This document shows positions 18,291-28,511 of a stretch of 64,000 nucleotides of DNA, piece after piece. Origin of the DNA: Candidatus Aminicenantes bacterium (GTDB taxonomy: Bacteria; Acidobacteriota; Aminicenantia; Aminicenantales; Saccharicenantaceae); contig CAWDTC010000014.1 in assembly GCA_963805045.1 (NCBI GenBank), positions 76,359-140,358 of the forward strand. The letters are read 5' to 3'. The notes beneath the pieces are model-generated. The model did no database searches. It saw nothing but the letters and a program-made list of their open reading frames with translations, and was not told where the DNA came from. The translations under genes were made by a program, and so were the position numbers. Each line of letters opens with the position of its first letter. The stretch's first letter is position 1.

Positions 18291-18887
18291 TCAGCGCTTC
18301 CTGAGGCATACCAGGTCGATGGCTTTGCCGCGGCCGGTCTTCGCCGACGGCCGGCCTCCCTCCGCGCTCCCGGCCTCCGGCACGGTCTCGACCGAATCGA
18401 TCTTGGCCACGACGGCGATGCCGTTGCCCGGGTCGAGGTAATCCGGGTTGGCCGCGATGAAGGCGTCCAGCAGGGCTTTCGGACAGAGGATCGATATCCG
18501 CAGGTCCGTCGTCAGGAGGGGACGCGAGAGCATCGCGGCCCAGTACATGTCGCGGTCGACGACGAGCCGGTCGTCGCCCCCCTCCGACCGGACGTCCGCG
18601 ATCTTCCCGACGAAGAGGATGGGCCTGTCGGTCAGCCAGACCTTCTCGAGCTCCATGGTCAGGACCGGCGCCTGCCGCGCGGGCTGCCCCTGGCAGAGCT
18701 CGCGGTCCCAGGAATCGTTGGCGGCGTTCTTCCGGACGAGGTCGGTGGAGATGACCTGCGTCATGGTCCTTGGGGCCGCTTCCTCCCCCTTCTTCCCCGG
18801 CACATTGAACCCGTGACGGACCAGGTAGAACACGCAGAAAGCCGCGATCGCCACGACCAACAAGCCGACCACGAAACGTCTCAACAT
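18291..18887 (-). CDS. Hypothetical membrane-anchored protein
   Basis: 198-aa ORF with an N-terminal TM helix (MLRRFVVGLLVVAIAAFCVFYLV). No family recognised. It follows the metal ABC permease gene on the same strand. Confidence 0.5.
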   Translation of the reverse strand: MLRRFVVGLLVVAIAAFCVFYLVRHGFNVPGKKGEEAAPRTMTQVISTDLVRKNAANDSWDRELCQGQPARQAPVLTMELEKVWLTDRPILFVGKIADVRSEGGDDRLVVDRDMYWAAMLSRPLLTTDLRISILCPKALLDAFIAANPDYLDPGNGIAVVAKIDSVETVPEAGSAEGGRPSAKTGRGKAIDLVCLRKR

Positions 18888-18918
18888 GCCCGTTCTCCTT
18901 TCCTCCCGTCCGTGACCA

Positions 18919-19770
18919 TCATCCGTTGCCCTTCATGTGCGGCGCCGCCGGGATGATCAACCGCCTGACCGCCACGGCCGCCAAGAGGAGGATGATCAGC
19001 GAGGCGATGACCGAAGGCCCGGCCGGCAGGTTCATCCCGACCGAGGCGGCGATCCCGATGACGCTCCCCGCGAACGCGACCGTCCAGCCGACCGCGAGCC
19101 TGAGGCCCTGGGTCCGGGTGAAGAGGAGCGCGATGACCGGGGGGATGACCAGGAAGGCGAAGACGAGCATGACGCCGGCGACATGGACCGAGGAGGTCAC
19201 AACGAGCCCGAACGACGCGTAGAACAGGAAATCCCACCAGCCGACCTTCCAGCCGGCCTTGACCGCGCCCGCCCGGTCCTGGGAGATGCGGAAGAACCGG
19301 CCCCTCAGGAGCCAGTGGAAGACACCGACCGCCGCGTAGAGCACGGCCATGGAGATCAGGTCGTGCATCTGGATCGTCAGGAGCGAGCCGGCCAGGACCG
19401 CCTCGAGTTCTTCGGACCCTCCGGCGTGCCTGGCCAGGAGCAGCATGGCCATGGTCGCAAATCCCGCGTAGATGATGCCGATGAAGGCCTCCTGGGGGAT
19501 GTGGTTGTCGCGGGTCCTGGAAACCGAGATCAGGGCCGCCGCGGCCAGGGTGAAGAACAGGCTCATGAAGTATGTCGGCCAGGAGTGCTCCCCCCAACCC
19601 AGGATGATCGCCAGGACGGAGCCGAACGCCGCCGCCTGGGCCATGGAGATATCGACGAAGATGACGCCCCGGCTGACGACGTGGAAGCCGAGGTAGGAAT
19701 GGATGCCCGCGAGCACGAGCGCGGCCAGGAGGGCGACCTGGACGAAGGAATACGAGAAGAGGTGGATCAC
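18919..19770 (-). CDS. Metal (Zn/Mn-type) ABC transporter permease (ABC-3 family)
   Basis: Intact 283-aa polytopic ORF. SYLGFHVVSRGVIFVDISMAQAAAFG and LVIPPV are typical of ZnuB/MntB-type permeases. It overlaps the stop of the upstream binding-protein gene. Confidence 0.85.
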   Translation of the reverse strand: MIHLFSYSFVQVALLAALVLAGIHSYLGFHVVSRGVIFVDISMAQAAAFGSVLAIILGWGEHSWPTYFMSLFFTLAAAALISVSRTRDNHIPQEAFIGIIYAGFATMAMLLLARHAGGSEELEAVLAGSLLTIQMHDLISMAVLYAAVGVFHWLLRGRFFRISQDRAGAVKAGWKVGWWDFLFYASFGLVVTSSVHVAGVMLVFAFLVIPPVIALLFTRTQGLRLAVGWTVAFAGSVIGIAASVGMNLPAGPSVIASLIILLLAAVAVRRLIIPAAPHMKGNG

Positions 19771-20664
19771 GGCCGACCGCCGGCCGCCGAGGACAGGCGG
19801 GCGAGGAGGACGTCAAAGAGGGAGAAATAATCTCCGGTCCCCTCGGCTCCCCCGACCGACGGCGGGAGGTCGATGATCCGGGCCCCCGTGGCCGCCGCGA
19901 TCGTCTTCGGCGCGTTAACGGAGAAATAAGGTTCCTTGCCGATGACGCGGATGCGCCGCGATCTCATGAGGTCGATGAGCTCCGCGATGTGGGAGGCCGT
20001 CGGCTCGATCCCCGGCTTGGGTTCGACGAAGCCGGCCACCCGCATGCCGAGGAACGCGCAGAGATACGGCCAGGAATCATGATAGGTCACGATCTCCAAG
20101 CTACGGAGCGGCTCGGCGGCCTTGCGCCAGGCCTCGATCCTGGCCCCGAGCGCGACCTCGAACCGCCGGAGGTTCGCTTCGTAGAGCTCCCGCGTTGGCC
20201 GGGTCGACCCGGGCCAGGGCCCGTTCGATGTTGCGGGCCATGATCAGGCCGTTCCGCGGGTCGAGCCAATAATGCGGGTTGCCCTGGGGGTGGACATCGC
20301 CCATCGACGCGTCCACCGGGCCCGAGGGCTTCTCCAGGACCTCGACGCCCTCCGAGCAGTCCGCAACGGCCAGCCGGCCGTTGCGCGAGCCGTCGATGAT
20401 CGGGTCGGCCCAAAAGTCGAGCCCCAGCCCGATCTTGAGATAAAGGGCGGCCTTCGAGACCATGATCATGTAGCTCGGCAGGGCCTCGACGAAGTGGGGA
20501 TTGTCCTTCCCCGTCGCGATGGATCTCACCGTGACCCGGTCGCCGCCGATGGACTCGGCGATGGACTTGATGTCCGTCGTCGAGGCCACGATTTGGACGG
20601 CGGCGAACGCCTGGAAATTCAGCAGGGCCGAGCCGACGAGGACGATGGCCGCTCGCGATTTCAT
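19767..20664 (-). pseudogene. Metal ABC transporter substrate-binding protein (ZnuA/TroA family); one frame change near 20205
   Basis: ORF 20101..20664 has a signal peptide and DVHPQGNPHYWLDP. After ...RVDPANA the sequence continues in the frame of ORF 19767..20099 (ELYEANLRRFEVALGARIEAWRKAAEPLRSLEIVTYHDSWPYL...). Confidence 0.8.
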
Positions 20665-20677
20665 GCCGTTCTCCTCC

Positions 20678-21757
20678 TTAGAACTGGTGGGGCTTGTGCG
20701 GCCCCAGAGACCACAGGAGCTGGACGATGACTGTTTGATAGGGCCGGGCGAGGGCGGAGCCCTGGTCCCGCCTCAGGAGGAGTCCGAGACGATAGGTCTC
20801 CTCGACGAGCGAAAAGCCGGCGAAAACGCCAAAGCCGGTCTGGGAGGTCCTTTCGAGCGCGGGGGTCTGGGAATAATCGAGGAAGGCCCCGGCGTCGAAC
20901 TGGCGCCGGAATTGAACGTCGAGGCTGGAGAACAGCCCCGCGGCGGTGACCCGGACTGGCGGCGGAGGGGCTTCGCCCCCTCCGGTGACGAGGTGCGAGC
21001 CGACCAGTGACTCGAGGACGAAGACAACCGACCGGTACATGTCCGGCTTCCACTTGTACTTGAAGTCGACGTCCCCCATCGTCGTCCGGCCTCCCGGCGC
21101 CGCCCCCTGCCGCGTGGTCAGGCCGGAAAAGCCGCATTCGATATTGGCGTGGCTCGTCAGCGGCGCGAAGAGCGAGACCCGGGCGCTCTCGGCCAGGTTA
21201 TGGAAGTTCGTGCTCTGCGGGTCTCCCCAATAGGACCCTCCGGAGAAGACGTTCCCGGAGACGGTCAGGGCCGCCCGCCCCACGCCGGCCATGCTCGAGA
21301 TGTTGACCCCGGCGGCGTCCAGGCCCTCTTCGCCGAAGAAGCGCTGGAACATCAATGGCCGTTCGACCCAGGACCATTGATGGGTATGCTGCGTGTTGAG
21401 CTTCCCGAAATCCACCCGGTACTGGCCGGCCTTGACCTGAAGGTTCAGGGGCAAGCCGCGGAGGAGTGTCGCAAAGGCCTCCTCGATATCGACCCCGCCC
21501 TTGGAAACGCCGAGGGTGACGTCGGCGCGAGCGTACGGGTTGAGGGCGCTTCCGGCCACGATCTCCAGCTCGTTGAAGTTGAAAACGAACTTGTTCTCGC
21601 CGACATCGGGAGGGGCATTGCGGAGCCCGGTGAGCCTCATATCGCCGATGAAGCTGATGGCCGGGTTCACGGTCGTCTGGGCCTGGGCGTGCCGGCCTGG
21701 GGCGAGAAGAAGGAGGAGGGACGAAAGAACGATCGGGAACTGTTTGACCCTGTCCAT
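20678..21757 (-). CDS. Outer-membrane beta-barrel (porin-like) protein, first gene of the metal-uptake operon
   Basis: Intact 359-aa ORF. Signal peptide ...LLLLAPGRHAQAQ, beta-strand-rich sequence, and a terminal aromatic residue (...LGPHKPHQF). Confidence 0.55.
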   Translation of the reverse strand: MDRVKQFPIVLSSLLLLLAPGRHAQAQTTVNPAISFIGDMRLTGLRNAPPDVGENKFVFNFNELEIVAGSALNPYARADVTLGVSKGGVDIEEAFATLLRGLPLNLQVKAGQYRVDFGKLNTQHTHQWSWVERPLMFQRFFGEEGLDAAGVNISSMAGVGRAALTVSGNVFSGGSYWGDPQSTNFHNLAESARVSLFAPLTSHANIECGFSGLTTRQGAAPGGRTTMGDVDFKYKWKPDMYRSVVFVLESLVGSHLVTGGGEAPPPPVRVTAAGLFSSLDVQFRRQFDAGAFLDYSQTPALERTSQTGFGVFAGFSLVEETYRLGLLLRRDQGSALARPYQTVIVQLLWSLGPHKPHQF

Positions 21758-21871
21758 CCCTCTTTCTCTCTGGCCCGCGATCGAGCGATTGTCCGCCGAC
21801 CCGGGCTCGAACCACTATAGCACCTCCCGCTCCGATAATCCAAACAGGCCTCCGGGGAACCCGCGGCCGGG

Positions 21872-23128
21872 TCAGGCGAGCCCGCCGCGGGACCCGACGC
21901 TGCCGGGTCTGAGGCAGGCGGCCGGGATCGCTCCCCGCTCGCCATGAGTAATAATGATCCCGACAACGGCGATGTAGAGGACGGACGGAATGAACTGGCT
22001 CCTCGGGGTCGGCGCGACGAGGAGGAAGGTGAAGGCCGCCGCCAGCAGCCCCGAAAAGAGCTCGAGCTTCGAGGCCGCCCAGACCGCCGCGGCGAGCAGG
22101 GCGACGGCGAGAAAGGGGTAAAACGTGTCCAGGCGCAGCCAGCTCATCAGGCCGGAGAGGACGTTCGGAAAGAAGGTCGTCAGCGCCGCCCTGTCCTTCA
22201 GGACAAGATTGAACAGGACCGTGTTCTTGAGGACCGGAACGACCCCGAAGGGGGCCATGAGGAAAAGGGCCGTCGCAAGAGTCGTCCCCGCCTCCAGGGC
22301 GATGTCGAGGAATCGCCGCCTCTCGCCGCCCCCGCCGCGGCCGAGCCGGTTCGCGTAGTACGCCGCGGCGAGAGGGATGACCAGGAACTTCGTCGCCAGG
22401 CCGACCCCGAAAAGGAAGGCGACGAGAAGGCGCGGGCGCCGGGTCGCCTTCTCCCGGCTGCGGACAACGGCCCCGAGGATCAGGGCGACCGCGAGCAGGG
22501 TCATGGCCGGGTTCGTATGGATCTCCTCGAACAGGAAGACGGGCACGAAGGGCAACAAGTACCGGGGCGTCACCTTAGCACACGTGAAAACGAACACGAC
22601 GCAGGCGAGCGCCTGGAGGAGGAGCATCGTTGCCGTCAGGACCCCGCTCGTCCAACGCCCCGCGATGACGGAGGCCGCCCAGTACGGGTAGATCTCCATG
22701 GGCGGATAATTGAAGTCGCCGTAGACCGGCCTCTTGAATTCGCCCTGGTGATAGATCGTCCCGCAGGCGTAGGGGTTCCGGCCCTCCTTCATGGCCTCGA
22801 AAACGGAGGCATAGTGCGGGACGAGTTCGGTCTGAGGGTCGATGGTCGCCAGCTGGTAGGTTCCCTCGCCCAGGCCGTACAGCAGGACGAGGAGCAGAAA
22901 ACCCCTGCGGAACACCCATCCGGGGACGACGCGATAGAGGAGCCAGATGATCAAGAGCCTCAAGACGAGCCCGATACAGAGATCGTACTTGTGGGCGTGG
23001 GGCAGAGGCCGTGCGACAGCCATGACGACGGAGAGCAGAAGACAGAGGACGAGGACCGACGGCGCGAGCGCCGCCTTCCAGGCGGCCGCTGCAGGCTTTT
23101 TTTCAGGTCGATGCGCGTCCATTCTCAA
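21872..23128 (-). CDS. Polytopic membrane protein (GT-C/DUF2029-like?), function unknown
   Basis: Intact 418-aa ORF with about 10 predicted hydrophobic helices. The family assignment is a weak guess. Confidence 0.45.
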   Translation of the reverse strand: MRMDAHRPEKKPAAAAWKAALAPSVLVLCLLLSVVMAVARPLPHAHKYDLCIGLVLRLLIIWLLYRVVPGWVFRRGFLLLVLLYGLGEGTYQLATIDPQTELVPHYASVFEAMKEGRNPYACGTIYHQGEFKRPVYGDFNYPPMEIYPYWAASVIAGRWTSGVLTATMLLLQALACVVFVFTCAKVTPRYLLPFVPVFLFEEIHTNPAMTLLAVALILGAVVRSREKATRRPRLLVAFLFGVGLATKFLVIPLAAAYYANRLGRGGGGERRRFLDIALEAGTTLATALFLMAPFGVVPVLKNTVLFNLVLKDRAALTTFFPNVLSGLMSWLRLDTFYPFLAVALLAAAVWAASKLELFSGLLAAAFTFLLVAPTPRSQFIPSVLYIAVVGIIITHGERGAIPAACLRPGSVGSRGGLA

Positions 23129-23226
23129 CCTTCAACCCGCGACGCGGGTCCTCCGTTGCGCTCCGCCGAGGCGGCAGTTGCCCTCGCCCCGGGCACGACG
23201 CCCCGCGGCCCATCAGGCTCAAGCCC

Positions 23227-24882
23227 TCAGGTGTTGATGGCCTCCTGGGCGCGGATGAGGTCGTGGAGGGTGATGATGCCGCGGATCGCCCCGGACTCGG
23301 GGTCGACGACGACGAGGACATTGAGCGGGGATTCGATGAACTTGTCGCCGACCTCGCGGACCGTCTGGTCCGGCAGGCACGTGACGACGTTGCGGATCTC
23401 CGGCTGCTCCTTCCTGAAGATGGCCTCGAGGATCTGCGCCCGCGTCAGGGCCCCCTTCAGCTGCCCCCCGACCTCGACGGGAAAGCAATTATAGGGATAC
23501 CGGTCCACGATCGCGTGCATCTTTCCGAGGTTCAGGTCCCGGATCACGACCGGCTTGGGATTGGCGATGGCCGAGACCGGCAGCCTCTGCCAGCTCTGGA
23601 GGTCGTGCGGAGGGTGGATCTTGTGGAGCTCGTGGCCGTCCTGGACGAGGCTCTCGTCGTAGAAATTGAGATGACCGGCGAGACGGCCGACCGCCCGGCT
23701 GACGATCATCCCGATCATGAGGCCCGGAACGAGGGCGAACTGGTGGGTCATCTCGAAAACGATCAGCAGGGACGTCAGGGGCGCCCCGACGACGGTGCCG
23801 AGGCAGGCGCTCATCCCCACCGCGGAGAGGACGATGTGGTCGGCCGGGGTCAGCGGGATCCAGGTCCCGGCCAGGCCACCGATGAAATAGCCGCTCATCC
23901 CCCCGATGAAGAGCAGGGGCGCGAAGATGCCGCCACAGCCGCCGAAGCCATAGCTGGCGATCGTCGCCAGGAGCTTGGCGACGACCATGAGCCCGGCGAT
24001 CTTCCACTCGTAGCCGTTCTTGAGGGCGTTGCTCAGGTCCTGGTAGCCCAGCCCGAAGACGCCGATCTTGCCCGCCAGCAGGAACATCGAGACGCCCAGG
24101 ACCCAGGTCGTGAAGCCGCCGAACGCCGGCTTCATCCAGGGCGGGACGGACGTCACCGTCTTCATCCGAGCCCGAAGGAGCATCGTCCCGCGCTGGAAGG
24201 CCACGCCGGCGAGCGAGGCCACCGCCGCGGCCAGCGGGACGACGGCGTAATGGAGCCAGCTGACGTTCTCGATGACGGGAAGGGAGAAGGCCGGCTGCCG
24301 GCCGATGACCGCGTAGACGGCGAAGGCGCCCAGGACGGACGACAGCACGACCCGCCCCAGGTACCGGCTGTTGAGGTCGCCCGTGATCTCCTCGATGGCA
24401 AACGTGATGGAGGCCATGGGGCTGTTGAAGGCGGCGGCCAGGCCGGCCGAGCCCCCCATCAGCGTCGGCGCCCGGCGCTCGCGCCGGGAGATGCCCATCA
24501 CGCCCGCAAGGTTGGAAGCGACGCCGGCCCCGATGAAGACGGAAGGACCCTCGCGGCCGAGGCTGTTGCCCCCGCCGATGCTGAGGACGCCGGCCGCGAA
24601 CTTGATCAGGGCCGAACGGAAGGGCAGGTAGCCGAGCTCTTTCCAGTAAGCGGATTTGACCTGGGGGATGCCGCTTCCCGCCGCGTTCGGCGCGAAGACG
24701 TTGAGCAAGAACCCGACCGCAATGGACGTGCTCATGATCAGGGCGAAGCTGGCCACGGCGAAGAACAGCTTCGACCGCGAGGCGAACTGGAGATAGGTCA
24801 GGGAGAAGAAAAGATTCGTAACGAGGAGGAAGAGGACGGAGGATAGGCCGGCGGCCAGGCTGAGAACGACCGTCTGGGTCAC
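23227..24882 (-). CDS. ClC-family chloride channel/antiporter with C-terminal CBS pair
   Basis: 551-aa ORF with a GTG start. ClC selectivity motifs GSGIPQ and GREGPSVFIGAG are present. A C-terminal tandem CBS-like region is present (…VVIRDLNLGKMHAIV…, …VLVVVDPESGAIRGIITLHDL). Confidence 0.9.
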   Translation of the reverse strand: MTQTVVLSLAAGLSSVLFLLVTNLFFSLTYLQFASRSKLFFAVASFALIMSTSIAVGFLLNVFAPNAAGSGIPQVKSAYWKELGYLPFRSALIKFAAGVLSIGGGNSLGREGPSVFIGAGVASNLAGVMGISRRERRAPTLMGGSAGLAAAFNSPMASITFAIEEITGDLNSRYLGRVVLSSVLGAFAVYAVIGRQPAFSLPVIENVSWLHYAVVPLAAAVASLAGVAFQRGTMLLRARMKTVTSVPPWMKPAFGGFTTWVLGVSMFLLAGKIGVFGLGYQDLSNALKNGYEWKIAGLMVVAKLLATIASYGFGGCGGIFAPLLFIGGMSGYFIGGLAGTWIPLTPADHIVLSAVGMSACLGTVVGAPLTSLLIVFEMTHQFALVPGLMIGMIVSRAVGRLAGHLNFYDESLVQDGHELHKIHPPHDLQSWQRLPVSAIANPKPVVIRDLNLGKMHAIVDRYPYNCFPVEVGGQLKGALTRAQILEAIFRKEQPEIRNVVTCLPDQTVREVGDKFIESPLNVLVVVDPESGAIRGIITLHDLIRAQEAINT

Positions 24883-25248
24883 CTGGCGGACGTTCTCGGG
24901 GAGGGCGCGCGAGCCGCCCGGACGACCAGGTTATCGCGAGATAAGACTTTCATGTCGAAGCCCGTGGACTCGTTGTCATCCCGCCGGGGTGAAGCCCCTC
25001 GAGGGGCTCAAGGCGGGGGATCCGCCGCCCGGAACGGCCTGGGCGACGAGTCGGGCCACATCACGACGCGACCATTTTAACTGAATCCGCGGCGCAAATC
25101 CAAAGGAACCCGTTTCTTCGGCCGGTTCTCACGCGGCCCCGTCTGTAATAGAATGGGATCGGCCGGGGAGCGGCCGACGATCCGTCCTCCCCCCGGGAGG
25201 CGGAATGCCGTGGGCCGCCGCCGGCAGAGACTCCGCCGGGAGGATCCG

Positions 25249-26037
25249 ATGAGCGCACCACGGACGATGAGCGGCCTATGGCGTGGCCTGACCCTCGGCC
25301 TGGCCGCCGCGGTCTTCCTCCCGGCGTCGCTCCGGCCGCAGGACGCCTCGGCCCGCCGCGCGGAGAGGATCGTGCGCGAGATCGACAGCCTCTACCGCAG
25401 CCGGACGAGCCAGGCCCTGGTCGAGATGGAGGTCGTCACACCGAGCTGGCGGCGCACGCTCCGGATGCGCGTCTGGAGCCGAGGGATGAAGGACACCTTC
25501 ATCCGCATCCTCGAGCCCAAGAAGGAGGAGGGCTTCGCGACCCTCCGGATCGGGAACGAGATGTGGAACTACCTGCCGAAGGCCGCCAAGGTCCTGAAGA
25601 TCCCGCCGTCCATGATGATGAGCTCATGGATGGGCTCGGATTTCACCAACGACGACCTGGTCAAGGAATTCACTTTCGCCGAATCCTATCACTTCGAGAT
25701 GACCGACCCCGAGTCGCCGCAGCCGGGCCTTCTCTACGTCAAGTGCGTCCCCAAGGAAGGGCTGCCGATCGTCTGGGGGTTCATCGTCCTGGCCGTCCGC
25801 GAAAAGGGTTATGAGCCGGTCTGGGAGAAATACTACGACGAGAAGGGCGGCCTGGCCCGCGAGATCACGTTCGGCGACGTGCGGGCCTTCGGCGGCCGGA
25901 GGATCCCGGCGACGCTCGAGCTCGTGCCCCGGAACGCGGAGGGCCACAAGACTGTTCTGCGCTACGTCGAGGCCGAGTTCGACATCCCCCTGGCCCCCGA
26001 GATCTTCACGCTCCGCAACCTCCAGGGAGGGCGCTAG
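25249..26037 (+). CDS. LolA-like outer-membrane lipoprotein-sorting protein family
   Basis: Starts at internal Met MSAPRTMSGLWRGLTLGLAAAVFLPA. WRRTLRMRVWSRGMKDTFIRILEPKKEEGFATLRIGNEMWNYLPKAAKVLKIPPSMMMSSWMGSDFTNDDLV is the hallmark of this family. Confidence 0.7.
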   Translation: MSAPRTMSGLWRGLTLGLAAAVFLPASLRPQDASARRAERIVREIDSLYRSRTSQALVEMEVVTPSWRRTLRMRVWSRGMKDTFIRILEPKKEEGFATLRIGNEMWNYLPKAAKVLKIPPSMMMSSWMGSDFTNDDLVKEFTFAESYHFEMTDPESPQPGLLYVKCVPKEGLPIVWGFIVLAVREKGYEPVWEKYYDEKGGLAREITFGDVRAFGGRRIPATLELVPRNAEGHKTVLRYVEAEFDIPLAPEIFTLRNLQGGR

Positions 26038-26038
26038 A

Positions 26039-27263
26039 GTGGTCACCTGGAAGATGGCCTTCCGGAACGTCTTCCGGCAGAGGCGCCGGACCCTGTTCAC
26101 CGGCTTGAGCGTCGTCGGCGGGTTCGCCCTGGCCGTCATCTTCATCGGCTGGTCGGACGGCAGCTACGACGCCATCATCGACCAGTTCACGCGGACGCGG
26201 CTCGGCCACATCCAGATCCACGAGAGGACCTATCTCGGCCGCCCGAGCCTGGACAAGACGATCGCCGACCCCTCGAGGATCGGGGCGATCCTGGACCGGA
26301 CGAAGGGCGTCGAGTCATGGACCCCCAGGGTCTATTCGGCCGGCCTGGCCGCCGTCGGCGACAGGAGCGCCGGGGTCCAGATCATCGGCATCGACCCGGA
26401 CCGCGAGGCCGGGCCACCGCGCTTCGACCGCAAGCTCGTCGCACGGCCGCGTTCTTCGAGAGCGCCTTGGCCCGCGAGGTCATCCTCGGCGAGGGGTTGG
26501 CCGAGGTCCTTCAAGGCCAGGCCCCGGCGACGACGTCGTCCTCCTCTCCCAGGGCGCCGACGGGTCCATCGCCGAGGACCGCTATCCCGCTGGCGGGGAT
26601 CGCCGCGACCGGCGACAGCCTGACGGACCGGACGGCCGCGTATCTCCCCTTGGCCACGGCCCAGGACTATCTCGTCCTCGGCGGCAAGGTCCACGAGATC
26701 GCCGTCATCGTCGATAAGCTCGGCCGCGCCCGGGACATGAGCCGGACGATCGCCGCGGCCATCGACGACGCGGGCCTCTCGGTCGACCCCTGGCAGGTCT
26801 TCGCCAAGTCCTTCTACGAAGCGATGCAGGCGGACAAGGCCGGGATGTGGGTCATGCTCGTCGTCATCGTCATCATCGTCGCCATGGGGGTGCTGAACAC
26901 GGTCTTGATGTCCGTGCTCGAGCGGAGGCGGGAGTACGGGTTGCTCAAGGCCCTGGGCACGAAGCCGCGCCGCATCGTCGGGCTCGTCCTCCTCGAAGTC
27001 GGTAATCCTCACGACGATCGCCATGATCGATCGGGGCCGGCCTGGGCCTCGGCGCCAATGCCTTCCTCGCCCGCCACGGCATCAAATTCGGCTCCGGGCT
27101 CACGTACGGCGGCATGGTCTTCGACACGATGAGGTCCGAGATCAACCTCCGGAGTTTCATCATCCCGGCGGTCACGGTCCTCGCCTGCGCGGTCCTCGTC
27201 AGCCTCGTCCCGGCGGTGAAGGCTTCGCGGACCGAGCCGGCCCGGACGATGAGGATGCACTAG
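26039..27263 (+). pseudogene. FtsX-like ABC transporter permease (LolE/MacB-type), at least six frame changes
   Basis: GTG 26039 follows an AGGGAGGG SD. (M)VTWKMAFRNVFRQRRRTLFTG parallels the next permease. Recognisable segments GDDVVLLSQGADGSIAEDRYP, LAGIAATGDS, MLVVIVIIVAMGVLNTVLMSVLERRREYGLLKALG and ...LVSLVPAVKASRTEPARTMRMH lie in different frames. Confidence 0.75.
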
Positions 27264-27279
27264 GGGGACGCCTTGGGAC

Positions 27280-28500
27280 TTGACGATCAAGCTCGCCTGG
27301 CGCAACCTCTTCCGCAACAAGCGCCGGACGGTCATCGCTGGCATCGCCATCGGCGTCGGCCTGGCCGCGCTGATCTTCACGGACGCCCTGATCCAGGGGA
27401 TGAAGCGGACGATGATCGAGTCGTCGACGGCCGCGTATCTCGGCGAGGGGCAGATCCACCGCCAGGGCTTCCGTCTCACCCAGGAGGTCGGCCTCACCAT
27501 CGTCCGGCCCGAGGCGGTCATGGCCGGGCTCGGCAAGGACCGGGAGGTCGAGGCTTTCGCCCCGCGCGCGGAGAGCTTCGGCATGGTCACCTCGCCGGCC
27601 GAGGTCAGCTCGGTCATGCTCGTCGGCGTCGACCCGGCCCGGGAGAAGCGCCTTTCCCGCCTCGCCGACAGCATCCGGCAGGGGACCTTCTTCGCGGGCT
27701 CGGGGGAGCGCGACATCGTCATCGGCAACGGCCTGGCCGGCCGGCTCGCTGTCGGCCTGGGTGACCGCGTCGTGGTCACGGTGTCGCAGGCCGGGACGGG
27801 CGACCTCTCCCAGGACATGTTCCGCGTCTCGGGGATCTACCGGTTCGGCATCGAGGAGATGGACGAGGGCCTGGCCTTCGTCCGGCTGGACAAGGCGCAG
27901 AAGATGCTGGGGATCGGTCAGGGCGTCCACGAGATCGCCCTCAAGTTCAGGTCCATCGCCTTCGCCTCCGAGAAGGGCAATCCCTTCTGGACCGAGTATT
28001 CGACGGATGGCAACGAGGCCGTCGGCTGGACGGTCCTCCTCCCCCAGCTCGAGGGGGTCATGAGGATGCTCTGGGTCTCGCTGGCCTTCATGGCCGTCAT
28101 CCTCTTCGGCATCGTCGCCTTCGGCATCATCAACACCCTGTTCATGTCGCTCTACGAGCGGATGTTCGAGTTCGGCGTCCTGCGGGCCGTGGGGACGCGG
28201 CCGTCGGGCGTGCGCCGGCTCATCGTCTGCGAGGCCGGGGCCCTGGCCGTCCTGAGCATCGCCATGGGCTCGGTCCTCGGCTTGGGGCTGACCCTCGCGG
28301 TCTCGAAGATCGGCATCGACTACCGGGGCATCGAGTTCGCCGGAACGACGTTCGTTGACCTCCTCTATCCCGTCCTCGACGTCCGGCAATTCCTGATCTA
28401 TCCGGCGGCGCTCTTCCTGTTCACCTTGCTCATGGGCCTCTACCCCGCCGTGGTCGCCGGGAGGATGCGCGTCGCCGACGCGCTGCGCAAGAGCCTGTGA
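27280..28500 (+). CDS. FtsX-like ABC transporter permease (LolE/MacB-type)
   Basis: Intact 406-aa ORF with a TTG start. MTIKLAWRNLFRNKRRTVIAG, a periplasmic domain, and C-terminal FtsX helices ending ...YPAVVAGRMRVADALRKSL. Confidence 0.85.
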   Translation: MTIKLAWRNLFRNKRRTVIAGIAIGVGLAALIFTDALIQGMKRTMIESSTAAYLGEGQIHRQGFRLTQEVGLTIVRPEAVMAGLGKDREVEAFAPRAESFGMVTSPAEVSSVMLVGVDPAREKRLSRLADSIRQGTFFAGSGERDIVIGNGLAGRLAVGLGDRVVVTVSQAGTGDLSQDMFRVSGIYRFGIEEMDEGLAFVRLDKAQKMLGIGQGVHEIALKFRSIAFASEKGNPFWTEYSTDGNEAVGWTVLLPQLEGVMRMLWVSLAFMAVILFGIVAFGIINTLFMSLYERMFEFGVLRAVGTRPSGVRRLIVCEAGALAVLSIAMGSVLGLGLTLAVSKIGIDYRGIEFAGTTFVDLLYPVLDVRQFLIYPAALFLFTLLMGLYPAVVAGRMRVADALRKSL

Positions 28501-28511
28501 AGGAGCACGCG

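Noticed and set aside
21785-21850. tRNA-like string (…gacccgggctcgaaccactatagc…) upstream of the porin-like gene
   Set aside because: It contains a TTCGAGC-like T-loop motif, but the flanking bases cannot form a T-stem or an acceptor stem. It is not a tRNA; at most it is a degenerate remnant.
24883-25060. Fluoride riboswitch upstream of the ClC gene
   Set aside because: The ClC protein is the long CBS-containing type, not the short ClC-F type. I could not find the conserved crcB-motif elements in the leader.
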